From assembly GCA_964016885.1 (NCBI GenBank), contig OZ024742.1, positions 192,696,001 through 192,760,000 on the forward strand: DNA of 64,000 nucleotides, in the 5' to 3' direction. The DNA is from Eledone cirrhosa. Taxonomy: Eukaryota. Below are positions 17,365 through 32,220 of this stretch, in pieces; position 1 is the stretch's first letter; every line of letters starts with the position of its first letter. The position numbers were made by a program, and so were the translations under genes. A model generated the notes under the pieces. The model ran no database searches, was not told the origin of the DNA, and saw only the letters and a list, made by a program, of their open reading frames with translations.

Positions 17365-17411
17365 TACATATATACATATATATACATATATACATATATA
17401 CATATATGATA

Positions 17412-17584
17412 AAGGAAGTGTGGCAAGAAACCAGGTGTACCATAACACACCAGAGTACTCAATACTTTGGGTAGCAGAGTGGGTAATAGGAAAGGTTCAG
17501 GACCCCGACAGCAGATCTTAAGCTGTTTCGAGGTCTATTTCTGGACGGCTTGAGCTCTGCCGTCGGGGTCCTGAATCTTTTCCT
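17412..17584 (-). mobile_element. 5'-truncated fold-back PLE-type 3' end
   Basis: Same family as 7325-7521, with an inverted segment at 17546-17584 and (TA)n on both sides. Confidence 0.75.
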
Positions 17585-17770
17585 ATATATATAGGTAGGT
17601 TGTTTTTCAATTATTTACATATACATTTGTAAGTCTGAAAAATCATTTGTAAGTTTGAAAAATCATTTGTAAGTTTGAAAAATCCCTAATACATTTCCAC
17701 TATCCAGAGAATATCCAACTGATAAGGTATGATTTTCCTGGGTATGTCTCTATTTATAAAACAAACTTTG

Positions 17771-17833
17771 TATTTTATCTGAAGAAAGCGTACCAAAGTG
17801 TTTTGGTACCCTTGAAATATATATAATAAAATA
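17771..17833 (+). ncRNA. Type I hammerhead ribozyme in a (TA)n-tailed element (~17595-17973)
   Basis: TATTTTAT CTGAAGA AAG C GTACCAAA GTGT TTTGGTAC C CTT GAAA TATATA TA ATAAAATA. Stem I 8 bp, long stem II, palindromic stem III, AUA triplet. Confidence 0.85.
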
Positions 17834-17983
17834 AATCTGGTTTTATAAACAGTTTCCATGTATTTAATATCATTGAATATTTACTCCAGTAATCTATTGA
17901 GTGCTCTAAATCAGTCATAAACATTTATATTTATATTTGTTGGATTTCCAACAAATTAAATACCCCTTCTACTTATATATATA

Positions 17984-19497
17984 TCATCATCATCATCATC
18001 ATCTTCGTTTAACGTTCATTTTCCACGCTAGCATTGGTTAGACGGGAGTTGTCCCACTTGAGGCAAGGTTGGTCGGGTGACCATGTCTCGCTCATATAGG
18101 ACTATCTGGCAGGTCTTCTACGGCTGGATGCCCTTCCTAACACCAACCACATTTACAGTGTGAAACTGGGAACTTTTTACCGTGTTACCTACATGGCCAC
18201 ATTACAGCGTAGACTGTGTGTTTTTTTCTCGTGACAACTACACGATCTCGATCTCGATCTCATTATCTCATTTATTTGGACTGGATGTTGTGGTACCAAC
18301 TTTATAGAGAGAGGGTGGTGTTGGTGGGAGTGGGAGGATAGGGTAGGGATAGTGGATTGGGGTGTATATTTAGTTAAGAGGTGCCTACTGACTGTAGGTT
18401 TCGCTTTGTACATAGGCAAGGCGGGTCTTCTGTATTACTGCGTAGCGCCAAAGATCTCGGTCCAGTGACATTGTCTTAGAGAGGTGCAAGTGTGTAAGGT
18501 CGGAATTTATCAGATCGTCCCAGGTTTTTCTGGGTCTACCTACTCCGTAACTGCCATCAATTTTGATCGCCCTGCACTTTTTTTTATACAGCTGTCGTCT
18601 TTCATGCGCATCACGTGGCCATACCAATGTAGTCTTCTCTCGAGTAAAAACCCTCTTATCGCTAATTTCTCACTTAGTTCATTTATGCTTTGCTGTTCCC
18701 GTATATTACTATTACACATCCAACGGAGCATGCATGCTTCGTTCCTTTCCAGTCTACGCAGGTCCTCCTCACGTAATGCCCATGTCTCACTGCCATGTAG
18801 CATTGCTGTTCGTATACAAGCATCATACAATCTGCCTTTCATTTTTAGAGAGAAACCTTTTGTGGCCAACAGCGGTATAAGCTCTCTGAACTTTTTCCAT
18901 CCCCTTCTGACTCTGGCTACTGTACTTTCAGAACACCCTCCACTAATGCTAATTTCGTCACCCAGGTAACGGAAAGTGTCTACTATTTCTATAGAACCTC
19001 TGGGCAATAGAAGGGGCTAGTATCCTGTGGACACTTGCTACCTATTGCACCTGAGCATCGGCCACATATAAAGTCTACGTTATTAGATAGTTTACCTGTG
19101 ATCCCACTACATCTTTTATGTACCCATACTTTGCATTTGGGACATACAATTGAATTTCTGCCTACTCCTTTCCTACACACTGAGCAAGGCCATTTCCCTG
19201 AGGGTACCTGTGCCTTATTTTCCTTTCAACACAAACTAGGACTTTAGTCTTAGACAAGTTAACTTTAAGGCCTTTTGATTCTAGGCCATGCTTCCATGTT
19301 TGGAATTTCTTTTCTAGTTCAGCCATTGATTTAGCTATGAGCGTTAGATCATCTGCGTATAGGAGTTCCCAGGGGCAGCCGGTCTTGAACTCCTCTGTTA
19401 TAGCCTGAAGAGCAATAATAAATAGGAGGGGGCTAAGGACAGAGCCTAGGTAAACACCAACTTTTACACTAAATTCTTCACAATATTCATGGATAAC
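17984..19497 (-). mobile_element. 5'-truncated RTE-group LINE with PHD-like Cys/His module and (GAT)n tail
   Basis: Minus strand: VLSPLLFII, CPWELLYADDL, CSVCRKGVGRNSIVCPKCKVWVHKRC..FICGRC, FRYLG, LHGSETW, RLHWYGHVMRM, GRPRKTW. Tail seen as (ATC)n at 17984-18003. Confidence 0.9.
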
Positions 19498-20029
19498 TTT
19501 AGGAGAAGGATTTGATTTTGGAAGGGTCCAACAGAATGAGACAAATCATTTAAAGACATGTAAATATTAATTGAAAATCCGAGAGAAACAAACGGGGAAT
19601 TTGAATTGTAGACTAGCATAGCTCAGAGTTTAAAAACACTGAGTTTAAAAACATTCTCAAATCAACAAGTCGCTCGTAAGATAATTTAGATAGATAAATT
19701 CTGTCCTTGGGAACCAGAACACCAGCAACATTCCGAGAGGCCAACATCGCTACCGCCACCCACTTCTTCTATGGCAGAGACAATAGCTGTACAAGAAGGA
19801 TTAATGCTAAATAAGAATTGTAATCCCGTTCTTATGCAAAGAGTTTGTTATTTCACTGGGCGACCACAATCATTCACACATCACTTTTGGTTACAACAAA
19901 TCCGTATCCCATTGTTATATTGGTCTATGGCAATAAATGTAAAGCTCAAATATTCTTTAAACAAAGATATTTCCCCCATCACCCTCTATCACTCAAACAC
20001 ACACACACATATATATATGTGTGTGTGTA

Positions 20030-20060
<31 letters not shown>

Positions 20061-20176
20061 TGTATGTATGTATGTATGTATGTATGTATGTATGTATGTA
20101 TGTATATCTATATTTATATATATACATATATCTGTCTTTGTTTCGGTATGTATGTTAAGTACACACATATATAAAT

Positions 20177-20249
<73 letters not shown>

Positions 20250-20723
20250 TATAAAGATATATATATATGTGTACTTAACATACATACCGAAACAAACACA
20301 CATATATGTATATATATATATAGACAAGAGAGAGACAGAGATAGAGAGAGGAAGAGTTTGTTTGTGTATGTGGGAAAGAGAATTAGATAAAGACACAGTG
20401 GCATTGTTCAATCGAAGAATACCTAAATCCTAGGACATTTGCGTAGTATAACGCCACTCAGTAAAATTCTAAAATGATAATCTACGTAGTTTTAATTCAA
20501 TATTTCATTACGCAAGTTCGTTTCTAATATATCCATTAAAACTCCTTGAACGCTAACACAAAATTTATGCATATACTAAACACAATAACAATAACAATAG
20601 TTGTCACAGTAGCTTTGGGGATCGGTATCACTAAAACTGAGAGGCAGTGGACATATACTCAGGGAAGTATTGTTTGTCTAATGTCATCATTGTAACTCAA
20701 CAGGCTGTAGAAGATCAAGTAAT

Positions 20724-20764
<41 letters not shown>

Positions 20765-20980
20765 TAATCATATTTTATTGGCCTCAACAATCAAGAGCCT
20801 GAGTTTAATATAATAGTAATTGATACAAAACCAGGTATTTTGGGTAAGGGCTGAATCCAGCAATCACATCATCATCGTCCCTAGCATTTTACTGGTACTT
20901 CAATTAATCGATTACGATAGGATGAAACGTAAAGTTGACCTCAGGGTGGATTGAATTAAAAATACAGAGGGACAGTAAAT

Positions 20981-20981
20981 C

Positions 20982-21042
<61 letters not shown>

Positions 21043-21543
21043 AAACAACAACAACACCATCAACAACAACAGCAACTGTAACAACAAACAACAGGATATA
21101 AGAAGGAGAAGAGGAAGGACAGAGCGGAATTCACGATTTTTTGGCTGAAATATTGAGGAATGGAAATGGAAACAAGGTAAAGTGGGGGAATATTTTTCCT
21201 TATTAATGTTGTTGCAGTTGTTAATATTCTTGCTATTGTTGTTGCTGCAGTTGACATTATTTCTGCTCTTGTTAACATTGTTTTTGTTGTTATTGCTCAT
21301 GTTGTTTCTACTGTTGTTATAGTTGCATTTCTTGCCATTGCTATTGTTGTTGTCATTGTTATTGTTATTGCTGATGTAGTCATTGTTTTTGTTGTTATTA
21401 TTTTTATTATTATTGAAGTTGTTGCTGTTGGTGTTGCGATGATTATTATTTTTTTTAATATTGTTGTTGTCACTGTTGTTATTGTCATTGTCGTTGGTGT
21501 TGTTATTACCGTTGTCATTTTGCTTTTGATTGTTGCTGTTCTG

Positions 21544-21612
<69 letters not shown>
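20981..21612. repeat. (CAA)n, degenerate (TTG)n and (ATT)n microsatellites
   Basis: Seen directly. Explains the poly-N/poly-I/poly-L ORFs. Confidence 0.9.
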
Positions 21613-21615
<3 letters not shown>

Positions 21616-21617
21616 AA

Positions 21618-21813
21618 GGCGGTGGATTGGCAGTATCGGTAGATGGTCGGACACCTTGCTTTCCAGCATAGTTACGTCCCTTTACGATTTGAGTTCAAAT
21701 CCCGCCGAGGTTGACTTTGCCTTTCATCCTTACGGGGTCGATAAAATAAAGTACCAGTAATGCACTGGGTATTTGCTGGCCTTGTGCCTAAAGTAGAAAC
21801 AATTATTATTATT
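21618..21813 (+). mobile_element. tRNA-derived Meta-like SINE (partial second copy 21818-21880)
   Basis: GGCGGTGGATTGGCAGTATCGGTAG...GAGTTCAAATCCCGCC...GTAGAAACAATTATTATT. Lies immediately after an (ATT)n tract. Confidence 0.92.
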
Positions 21814-22419
21814 ATATACTTTGCCTTTCATCTATACGGCGTCGATAAAATAAAGTGCCAAATGTAGAAACAATTATTATATACTTTTAGTCAACCTGTG
21901 TCGATGAAAACGGAATAAATTCCGGATTTCGTCAACTTCTTGCAAAACACGAAGAAAAGAATGTAGAATGAGAACTCTATTATTCTAATATCGATATACG
22001 AGTTACACTCAAGAGGTTTTGAGAATTCTATCAGAGACACTTATTTAACTCAAATCAACATAGAACTCTCCTTCAAATTAGAATCCTTTACTTTCAATGC
22101 ATTCCAGCCACTTCACGAATTCCCCCTTGTAGCGCTTCAAAGGAAACGTGTCCAGGAAACTTGTCACAACCTACTTCATCAAAACGAATACCCCTGTGTT
22201 TTTCTTCAGCTTCAAGAACATCTAGAAGTCGCATGGCGCTATAACACCGAGAAAGACTTATAGCACTGGGAAAAGACCTTATTTTAAGAAAAAATGAATT
22301 TACTCCATAATTAGACCCGAACCATTAATTGGCCCCCATGTTCTCGCTACTATGGATATAAAATCAGATATGTTTAGTGCATAATAAGCTATAGAAAGCT
22401 CACTACTTAGGTTTGCAGA

Positions 22420-22815
22420 AGACTGCAGTGTCTACATTTTCAGAACCATACTCTATCGATGTGTGAGCCACTGCGAATGTAACTGGGAGTTTTGATGATA
22501 GGCATATCCAGGTAGAGCCGCTACTTCTACTCCGAATTGAGGGAGCACAGGTCCGATACTATGAAAATGTGGTTAGAATGTCTCAGGAAAGAACCGCTGG
22601 ACAGATTTTACAGGCAAAACCAACCGTCAGGAGACCCAGAGGTAGACCCCGAGTAAGATGGTTGGACAACATTCATGAGCTTGGTTAGTTTCACTTGGGA
22701 ATCCACCTGGATCAGTTGATGACGGTTGCTTCTGACAGGACCCGCTGGAAGAAGTGTTTGAGGATTCTGCCACCACGAATATCTCGGGAATAAGTGAGCG
22801 AAAAAGAAAAAAAAG
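22420..22815 (+). mobile_element. RTE-group LINE 3' fragment
   Basis: Translates to LLLRIEGAQVRYYENVVRMSQERTAGQILQAKPTVRRPRGRPRVRWLDNI, a typical RTE C-terminus. A-rich end. Confidence 0.75.
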
Positions 22816-23311
22816 GAGGGGGCATATCCGTGCAAATCTGGCAATAGGTTCTGGATAGATGTACATGTTAAGCCTCAAATGATGGTAACAGACACAAACA
22901 CGATGTTAAATATAGTTTCTGCATCAATTTACTCATAGAATATTTAATTTATGCTATATACATAAAATCTATGTATGTGCAGTGCAAATTATCTACTCAC
23001 AAGTAACAAATCAGAATAAAAGAACAGGCCAATATTTTATCTCAAAACCATAGAGAGTATCAATTAACGTATATGTGGTCTCCTCTGCTCTAGACTGATG
23101 ACGATTAAATTGCCACAAATATTTTATTATTATTTAATTTAAACATCTCTGAAGGATGAAAGGCAAAACTGACGTTGGTGGGTTTGAACTCGGAATACAT
23201 ACAGACAGTACTAAATACGGCAAGACATTTGTCCGTCACTATTCCACCGCATTATCATTGGTTTGCGAATAGATTCGAGTAAATCAAGGCGAAAAATTAA
23301 TTAAAAATATA

Positions 23312-23709
23312 TACTTTCGTGTTTCGAATAATTGTCCCTCCACCACGTTTATTTAATTTTTCAGACTTTTTCCAAACACCCCTATTCTTATTCCAGCCCC
23401 CTGTTCATATTCCATACCCCGCTTATTAAATTTCGCTAATCTATCTCCGGCAAAATTTTATTTTAAGTGGTAGCATTCCTGCAACAATTAGTTTTCTTTA
23501 GACGCACAAAAAAAATTTACATGACAAAAAAAGAACATTACAAGAAATGTCATACGTTATAAAATAAATCGGATGGGTTGGGGTCTCAATATGTAAACTA
23601 AACAACTAATTCTGGTTTTTAAAAAAATCCAGGAAGATAACTTATAAAAATTATCAATTTTCCACCCCCTACTTATTCCATCCCCCTATTATTTGGGACC
23701 CGACATTAC
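23312..23709. mobile_element. Degenerate MITE (TA-flanked TIR)
   Basis: TACTTTCGTGTTTCGAATAAT ... ATTATTTGGGACCCGACATTA. Internally similar to 23991-24280. Confidence 0.55.
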
Positions 23710-23990
23710 ACAAAACAAAATATTTTGCACTCAATGAAAAAGGCAAAAGAATACCAATAACAATTTCCTTTCTGTCTAGCAATTCAGAATGTATCTGTGT
23801 CGATTTTGACAATGAGTGTTCCAATTGTTCGATCAATGGATGAAACTGCTCATAAAATTAACGTGTAAGTGGCTGATTATTTCACAGACACGTGTGTTCA
23901 TAATGTAATTTTCAAAAAGATTCAGCGTGTAACAGTGTGTGTTTGGTAAGTTTAGCATTTTGAATTATTATTCAAAGTGCTAAACTTACC

Positions 23991-24280
23991 ATTCTTGGGT
24001 CTTGAATAATCGTCCCACTTCACTTATCAATATTTCAGAATTTGTCCACCAACCCCGCCCTTATTCCAACCCCTCGTTGCTCATTACATTTTGCGAATCA
24101 ATCTCTGGCAAAATCCCATATGTTATAAAATAAATAGGATGACAAAGGTTCCCAATATGTAAAGTAAACGACTAATTCTGTTTTTTTTTAAAAACAAGTG
24201 GGACAACCTAGAAAAATATAGATTTTCCACCCCACTCCGCTTATTCCAACCACCCCCTATTATTTGGGACTCGAGAGTAG
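23991..24280. mobile_element. Degenerate MITE, same family as 23312-23709
   Basis: TTCTTGGGTCTTGAATAAT ... ATTATTTGGGACTCGAGAGTA. Shared CTTATTCCA.CCCCC and ACTAATTCTG blocks. Confidence 0.55.
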
Positions 24281-25141
24281 ATACGATCCATCTTGAACTA
24301 TAGTGTAAGTTCCTGAACATTCTACAGATACATGTAATTAATGTAATTCTCAGAGAGCTTCTGCATTACACAATGTGTAACAACGCTGGTCTTTTGAATT
24401 ACAAGTATAGTCTATACGACAGGCTTGAACACTCATTCTATCTATCCAATTTCACTCACATTTCAATGATAAACCCAAGACTAAGTGAAAGGAATAATAT
24501 CATAAAATAAACTAAAGTGAAAACAATATATATGTATTTGAAATGCCTATTACGGCTCATTAACGTTATCTCAGCTCACAGAAGTGACTTGCCAAATAAG
24601 TACATCTCCGTAACTTTTCATTCGCTTTGATTTCAAGCATAAAACAGAAGCCGATATTATCACATTCTTCCTAGCTGCTACAAAAGAAGTGTTATAGTTC
24701 TGGCGGATACATTCCAATACATATCTTCTCATGTATGATTGTAAAACTCACGTTTTGTTTTATTATCGGTGATAATTTCCTTCGTTATTATTGTACAAAG
24801 TGCTTTGTAAAACCGATACGCATATCGATACGAAATAAGATTTGTTTTGATATTGAACACTACTCTATAATAGTACATATTACACTATAATAATACAGAT
24901 GATAACTAATTTACCGAATTTAACATTCGTGAATTACTCTATAGATGTTTTTATAGCTTAGTCAGAGAGAAAAAAGGTTGTGCACATGATCTATAAATGG
25001 GCTTCCGGGCTTCCAAGATTATGTAAAGTAGACGTTATCCTCAAAATATAGACCTGACTCGAACAATTGCAACAGAGTAGATTCAGTTAAGGGTACCAAC
25101 AGATATTGTTAAACCACCATATGGTATTATTAAACCAATGG

Positions 25142-25330
25142 GCGGTGGATTGGCAGTATCGGTAGAGGGTCGGACGCCATGCTTTCCAGCATAGTTACGT
25201 ACCTTTACGATCTGAGTTCAAATCCCGCCGAGGTTGACTTTGCCTTTCATCCTTACGGGGTCGATAAAATAAAGTACCAGTAATGCACTGGGTAATTGCT
25301 GGTCTTGTGCCTAAAGTAGAAACAATTATT
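25142..25330 (+). mobile_element. tRNA-derived Meta-like SINE with target-site duplication
   Basis: Full-length copy flanked by ATTATTAAACCA(A/C)TGG on both sides. Confidence 0.92.
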
Positions 25331-26679
25331 AAACCACTGGGCAAGAGTTTAAGTTTACAACTCAAGTAGGGTACAGTGGAATTTGAATTCAGAACGCAAA
25401 GTGCTGTTTACTCAAGGTAGGAGCTTCTATGTTCCTGATTCGTCCCAAGGCCTCTGAGAGAGAAACGAGATAGAGAAGAATGTAATCACAAACCGATCCC
25501 CTGCCTTGATCATGTACAACAGAGTGACCTCCTCTAAAGGGTCTTAAGGACCAGTTACTGATATATAACCAGGTTACAGATTCAGACAACCATCAAAATA
25601 AGCAGCTATGACAGTTGACGTAAAGAGTCGAAACAAGGCATCTCGCCTGACGTTCCGAATTGTTCTTGTAACCACCGTCCTTAGACTGGTACTATTTTAT
25701 TGAATCAGAAAAGGGTACAGTAGAATCTAACCCTGAAATGATAAAAGCAAAGTAAATCTTGAAAGGATGAAATGTAAAATGATCCCAGTGAGTCTTGTCT
25801 TAATTTTAAGCCAGCTTTAGTTGAACAGATTCTTAATAACATAACATTACATCTAGGTGTTCCTTTCAGACAATGTATCTAAGAATATAACATCCAACAT
25901 ATGACTTCTTGTTATTTCGCCCAGATCAAACTAACTGTGCCCTCTCAATTCGGAGAAGTAGCGGCTATGTATAATTTAGTTACAAGATTAGAAATTGAGG
26001 AAGGTGTAAGTAGATTGAATCGACTCCAGGATTTGAATGGTAATTTATTTTATCGACCCGGAAGGATGAAAGTTAAAGTTGACATTAGGCGTATTTGAAC
26101 TCATAAAGTATGGACCGAACAAATACTACTAAGCATTCGTCCACAAGCCTCCCCAGCAAAGCAATAATCAAAGGCATTCCAGTTGTAAGAACCTGTTTAT
26201 ATGACAAATCACACCTGAAACTACATTGTATTATGTATATGTTTTGTTGCTGTATAGCCTATGGTCAGCTGCAGTTGTATTATCAATGTTGTTCCAGCCA
26301 TGGCCATTTAGTCATTTTAAAGTTAAATATATATCAAAGATTGTATCACTTTGAATGTATGTTTCATCTGTTAGTTGGTAGGCTGTAATATGAAAGATAT
26401 TTGGCAACTATTTGTAGCAGTTTCAAGGACAGCATAGAGAGGTTCATTATTGATTCGATATGTCCTTAACATTTTAAATAAGTGTGTCACATGAGGGAGA
26501 GTTAGCTAGATGGCAGAAGAGATACGTATAGTCTCTTTCTTATATTACAATGATAAAGTGGAATATGAACGACATTTGGTTATTATCTATAATAAAATAA
26601 GCTTGCTCGCAGAGGCAGCTTAATTGTGGCTCAGGATTAATCTGTTTTTCTATACTTTTTTCTGGTTTCAGTCATTGAA

Positions 26680-26860
26680 TTGGATTGGCAGTATCGGTAG
26701 AGCGTCAGACACCATTCTTTGCTTTACGTTCTGAGTTCAAATCCCGCCGCGGTTATCTTTGTCTTTCATTCTTACGGGGTCGATAAAATGAAGCACCAGC
26801 AATGCACTGGGGCAATTTGCTGTCCTTGTGCCAAAAGTAGAGACAATTATTATAATTATT
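26680..26860 (+). mobile_element. tRNA-derived Meta-like SINE
   Basis: TGGATTGGCAGTATCGGTAGAG...GAGTTCAAATCCCGCC...AGACAATTATTAT. Confidence 0.85.
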
Positions 26861-27109
26861 AAATGCACACACACACACACAGACCCAGGCATATACACAC
26901 ACAAAAAAGCACAGACAGTGTGTATATATTAAATAGAACGATGGTGCGTTTAGAGTTTCATTGTGTATCGACAAGTTACGCGCGTTTCGCAGAGGATTGG
27001 CTGAGGGTCACCCATAGAAGTTATAGACCCAACTCCGTTATCAATCTGCTCTTCAAACTGGCGATGCGACAAAGAATAGAGTGTCAGATCAATATATTTT
27101 TAAGAGGGC

Positions 27110-28067
<958 letters not shown>

Positions 28068-29866
28068 AAATGTTATAGTTTGCTTGAAGCATTGTATATA
28101 ACGTTGAAAGCGATAGAAGGCTAAACAATGCAAAGTGGACTGTAAGATGAGGTAACGAGAAGTAAAGGTTACCTGTTAATCTTTCTTTTGTTTTGTTGTT
28201 GTTGTTCTTTTATTTGTCCAATATTTCGGTACCTAAAAGTTCCATCATCAGGGTTTAAGGTACCTTCAATGGATAAGGTTCCAATTTACTCTCTTTGGGA
28301 TATAATTTTTATTTTATTAAAACATTTAAAAAAATTATTTTTAAGCGCTTTTCCATGGTTACTTCGCTATGCACGTGAATGACGTCAATTGCCAATATAG
28401 TATTTCGCGAAATCAATTTTCTTTTTATATGAGATATTTAGTTTGCGTGCCTGTGTCTCTTTTTATATCAAGTAATGTTTGCTGAGTTCTAAAGTATTAT
28501 AGATTTACGGGTTGAGTCTACGTATGAGCAAGGCTTCCTTAATTCTTAAGTTGTCCACATTTCAGTGCTTCTTCACAGTTCTCATCTACCAAATTTCCCT
28601 CAGAATTTGAGGTTAAATTAGTAAACACATGATCAGCCCGCCACACAACAGGAATGAACATAAAACCACGAAGTGAATTTTTACCATTCACCTATATCTA
28701 TCCTTTGAACACTCGTATCCTTCCGCATTTACTTAAAGTAAATTTTGAATAATATAATAACGTTTTAATAATTTGAAGAATAATTAGATTTTGAAGCTAT
28801 CGGATATATTTCTATAATTCATTTCACAATTTGATTTATGTGTTCCTCCATTTATAATGATTGCATACAGATATTTACGAGCAGAAGGCAGTTTAAGCAT
28901 GGTTTATTGGAGTTTAAACCATCATGTGACATTTGTAACACCCTTATACGAAACGATAATCTTGATATATATGCACAGACACAAACTCACATACATGCAT
29001 ACATACACATAAACACACACAATCGTACATATACACACGCGCACACACAGACACACAGACAAAGTGCAATCTCATCTGATTCTTCTTTCCTGTTTAAGAC
29101 TATTTACACTTCATTCTGGTTTATTTGTTTGTCTGTTTGTTTTTAATTTTGTTTCAGAAAACTCGATTCACTACATTCTTATCGTAATTTGAATGCTTTT
29201 CAGAAAACAATGGTGACTACACATCCGTTACCACCCCCACTCTTCAATGCAATGTAGCAATATACAGCTTGAAACTGCTCAGATGATCTTGGATCAGTAA
29301 TACTACAGTACATAGAGTATGCATAATATCTGTAAATTATATTGAGAGTGATTATATGCAGCCCACCACGGATACATAATACTCATTGAGATCAAAGAGA
29401 GAGGGATAGGGGGTATAGATGGAATTCATTCTACCTCTTAGTCAGGAAATGTTTGGAAATTAAGAGATAAAATAATGGGAACTGTTCCCATAGCGCGGAA
29501 TAGCATGAACACAAGCCCATTTGTTTTGGCGAATTTCTTCCCAAATCAACAAATCAAACAAATCAAAGCATAATAGTTACCATTGACATTTACCGCTCAA
29601 GTTAAGTCCGATCTACATATACATAAATACATACATCCGCTTAGAAATGGCAGTCGTGAAAATGTGTACCCAATGCTATAGTAGAAGTTTATAATTTTTA
29701 TTTAAGACTAAATTTACTCTGAAGTTACATGACTTAATCTTCCGGGATGGACATATTTTTGCCATGAAACCTTAGGTAAAGCTTTTTGTTCCATGTATGA
29801 ATATAAATAAACATTATAATATAATATAATATAATATAATATATTTATATATATATATATATATAT

Positions 29867-29883
29867 ATGTGTGTTTGTGTGTG

Positions 29884-29955
<72 letters not shown>

Positions 29956-30038
29956 TGTGCGCGTGTGTATTTATATATATGCATACACAGAGAAAGAGAG
30001 AGAGACATAGAGATAGAAAGAGAGAGAGAGAGCGAGCG

Positions 30039-30123
<85 letters not shown>
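29867..30123. repeat. (TG)n and (GA)n microsatellites
   Basis: Seen directly. Confidence 0.95.
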
Positions 30124-30125
<2 letters not shown>

Positions 30126-30329
30126 CTCAGACACACACATAGACACACCCATTCATATATTTATCTATATCTATGTATGCTCTCGATCAATGTTTACCCA
30201 CAAATATATATTCAGTTCAACGTGACTGGAAATTACGTATGAACATCATGTCTTATCTTGCCCATTCTACTAGCTCCCTCTCTCCTTTTCTCTCTGTCTG
30301 TCAGTCTTCCTGACTATCGCTCTTTCTCA

Positions 30330-30368
<39 letters not shown>

Positions 30369-30369
<1 letters not shown>

Positions 30370-30493
30370 GATGATTTCTCACGAGTGAAACAGTTCTAGT
30401 CCTGTAGAAGCCTTTCTATATTAAATATTCATACTCTGCTTTGTATTGAGTACCTTACTTACTGTGGTTACCCCCGATTGAACCCGGGATAAA

Positions 30494-30497
<4 letters not shown>
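30369..30497 (+). mobile_element. PLE-type 3' end truncated at the hammerhead core
   Basis: Begins TGATGA TTTCTCACGAGT GAAA CAGTTCTAGTC, ends in (TA)n. Family of 7770-7900. Confidence 0.7.
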
Positions 30498-30545
<48 letters not shown>

Positions 30546-31112
30546 AGGAGAAAGGAAGAAAGGAGTTTCCATCGTCAGCTGTAAATGTTTCCCGAACCGA
30601 TGTTTTGGCGCTGAATTATAGAACATCGGTGTAGTTCGGGTGCGCCCGAGGCCTTTTATTAATCAAAAGGCCAGGTGGAAAAGGAGAGAGAAAAGGAAAG
30701 AGAGGGAAAGGAGGAAGAACAGGGGGAAAAGATAAGGAGAGAGGAAGAAAGGGGGAAGGGAAAAAATAGGAAAGGAATGGGAGAAAAAAGAGTGTGCAGG
30801 TCCCATCGTGGGAAGACACAGGTGAAAGAAACATGCAAAAAAGTAACCGTGGAAAAATAGGGAAAGTAAGTTATGGTCAGCCTGGTGATCAGCTACGACT
30901 CAGAGCTGGTATAATCGTGCTGCTTCAACGCCTTTCTTCCTTTCTCCTCCTGTTCCGTCCTAACCACCATCCTAAACCTTGTTTTTAGTAACCACACAGC
31001 TCCTTTCGTTTCATAACGTTTTGTATTTACCGCTGTGACCCTACCTGCTTTGGTCGATCTGTGTTCCCTCCACACTTTCGCATCGACCCTACATATATAT
31101 ATATATATACAT

Positions 31113-32220
31113 ATAAAGAGAAAATATGCTGACTACAATCATAACAGTAGGAAGGTAAAGTTCTGCTGTAGTAGTATTTTGAAATGTTCTTGGATTTAGG
31201 TTCATTTGTTGAGAGTCAAGTGTGAGGAAGTTGTGTTGACAGCAGCTGAGAAGGGATATATTTATGGGTTGATAAGGTACTTACAGACATTAGTGTGGTA
31301 TAGAACTAAGAAGGCTAGAATGTACTTAATGATTATATTTCTGTGGTGGTTCGTGCAGTATAGTGGGTATCCTAAGGTGAAAGCTAAGTTACGTCGGTTC
31401 GATTCATAGAGGCTTAAATCTTGTGAATTTAGTGGCGATCCTATGTCTGCAGAAGATTGATCTTTCTAACTTGTTGTTGAGTAGCCTTTTTACATTTCTA
31501 AGGATATATAGTAATTCAAGATCACAGAGCCTACAGTGGGATATACCGGTACTGTAGGTCTTTGCGGCCGACAACCTCGACCAGTTGATACTGTAGTTGG
31601 TGTCATTGTCCTTAAGTTCCCAGATTTTTTTGGCGAGGGTTGTAGATCCCATAAGTGCACGAATTTTCATCGAGTGTATGTGCAGATACCATCTTTTTTT
31701 AAAAGTACCCGCGGTGGATCCAATGTAATGCCAAGTGAAGCTGTCTGAGTTGACCGTACACAGGTTGTCGGCCGCAAAGACCTACAGTACCGGTATGTCC
31801 CACTGTAGGCTCTATGATCTAGAATTACTTTATATCCTTAGAAATGTAAAAAGGCTACTCAACAACAAGTTAGAAAGATCAATCTTCTGCAGACACAGGA
31901 TCGCCACTAAATTCACAAGATTTAAGCCTCCGTGAATCGAACTGACGTAACTTAGCTTTCAACTTAGGATACCCACTATACTGCACGAACCACCACAGAA
32001 ATATAATCATTAAGTACATTTAGCCTTCTTAGTTCTATACCACACTAATGTCTGTAAGTACCTTATCAACCCATACATAATATCTCTTCTCAGCTGCTGT
32101 CAACACAACTTACTCACCCTTGACTCTCAACAAATGAACCTAAATCCAAGAACATTTCAAAATACTACTACAGCAGAACTTTACCTTCCTCCTGTTATAA
32201 TTGTAGTCAGCATATTTTCG

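Noticed and set aside
17625-17684. Three 20-bp direct repeats as a CRISPR-like array
   Set aside because: Head-to-tail minisatellite without spacers, in eukaryotic DNA.
21618-21710. tRNA gene
   Set aside because: A and B boxes belong to SINE heads; there is no cloverleaf and the sequence continues into the SINE body.
22040-22300. Mariner C-terminal relic on the minus strand (KWLECIESKG.FEG)
   Set aside because: Plausible but too degraded to delimit or support as a feature.
23098-23125. CTGATGA as a hammerhead core
   Set aside because: No correctly placed GAAA or stems.
29158-29390. Possible host exon after a strong polypyrimidine/AG acceptor
   Set aside because: All frames close within ~35 codons, with no recognisable protein or partner exon. 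Needs RNA-seq.
30572-30675. Minus-strand GAAA...CTGACGA with hairpins
   Set aside because: The order and stems do not give a coherent type I, II or III hammerhead by eye.
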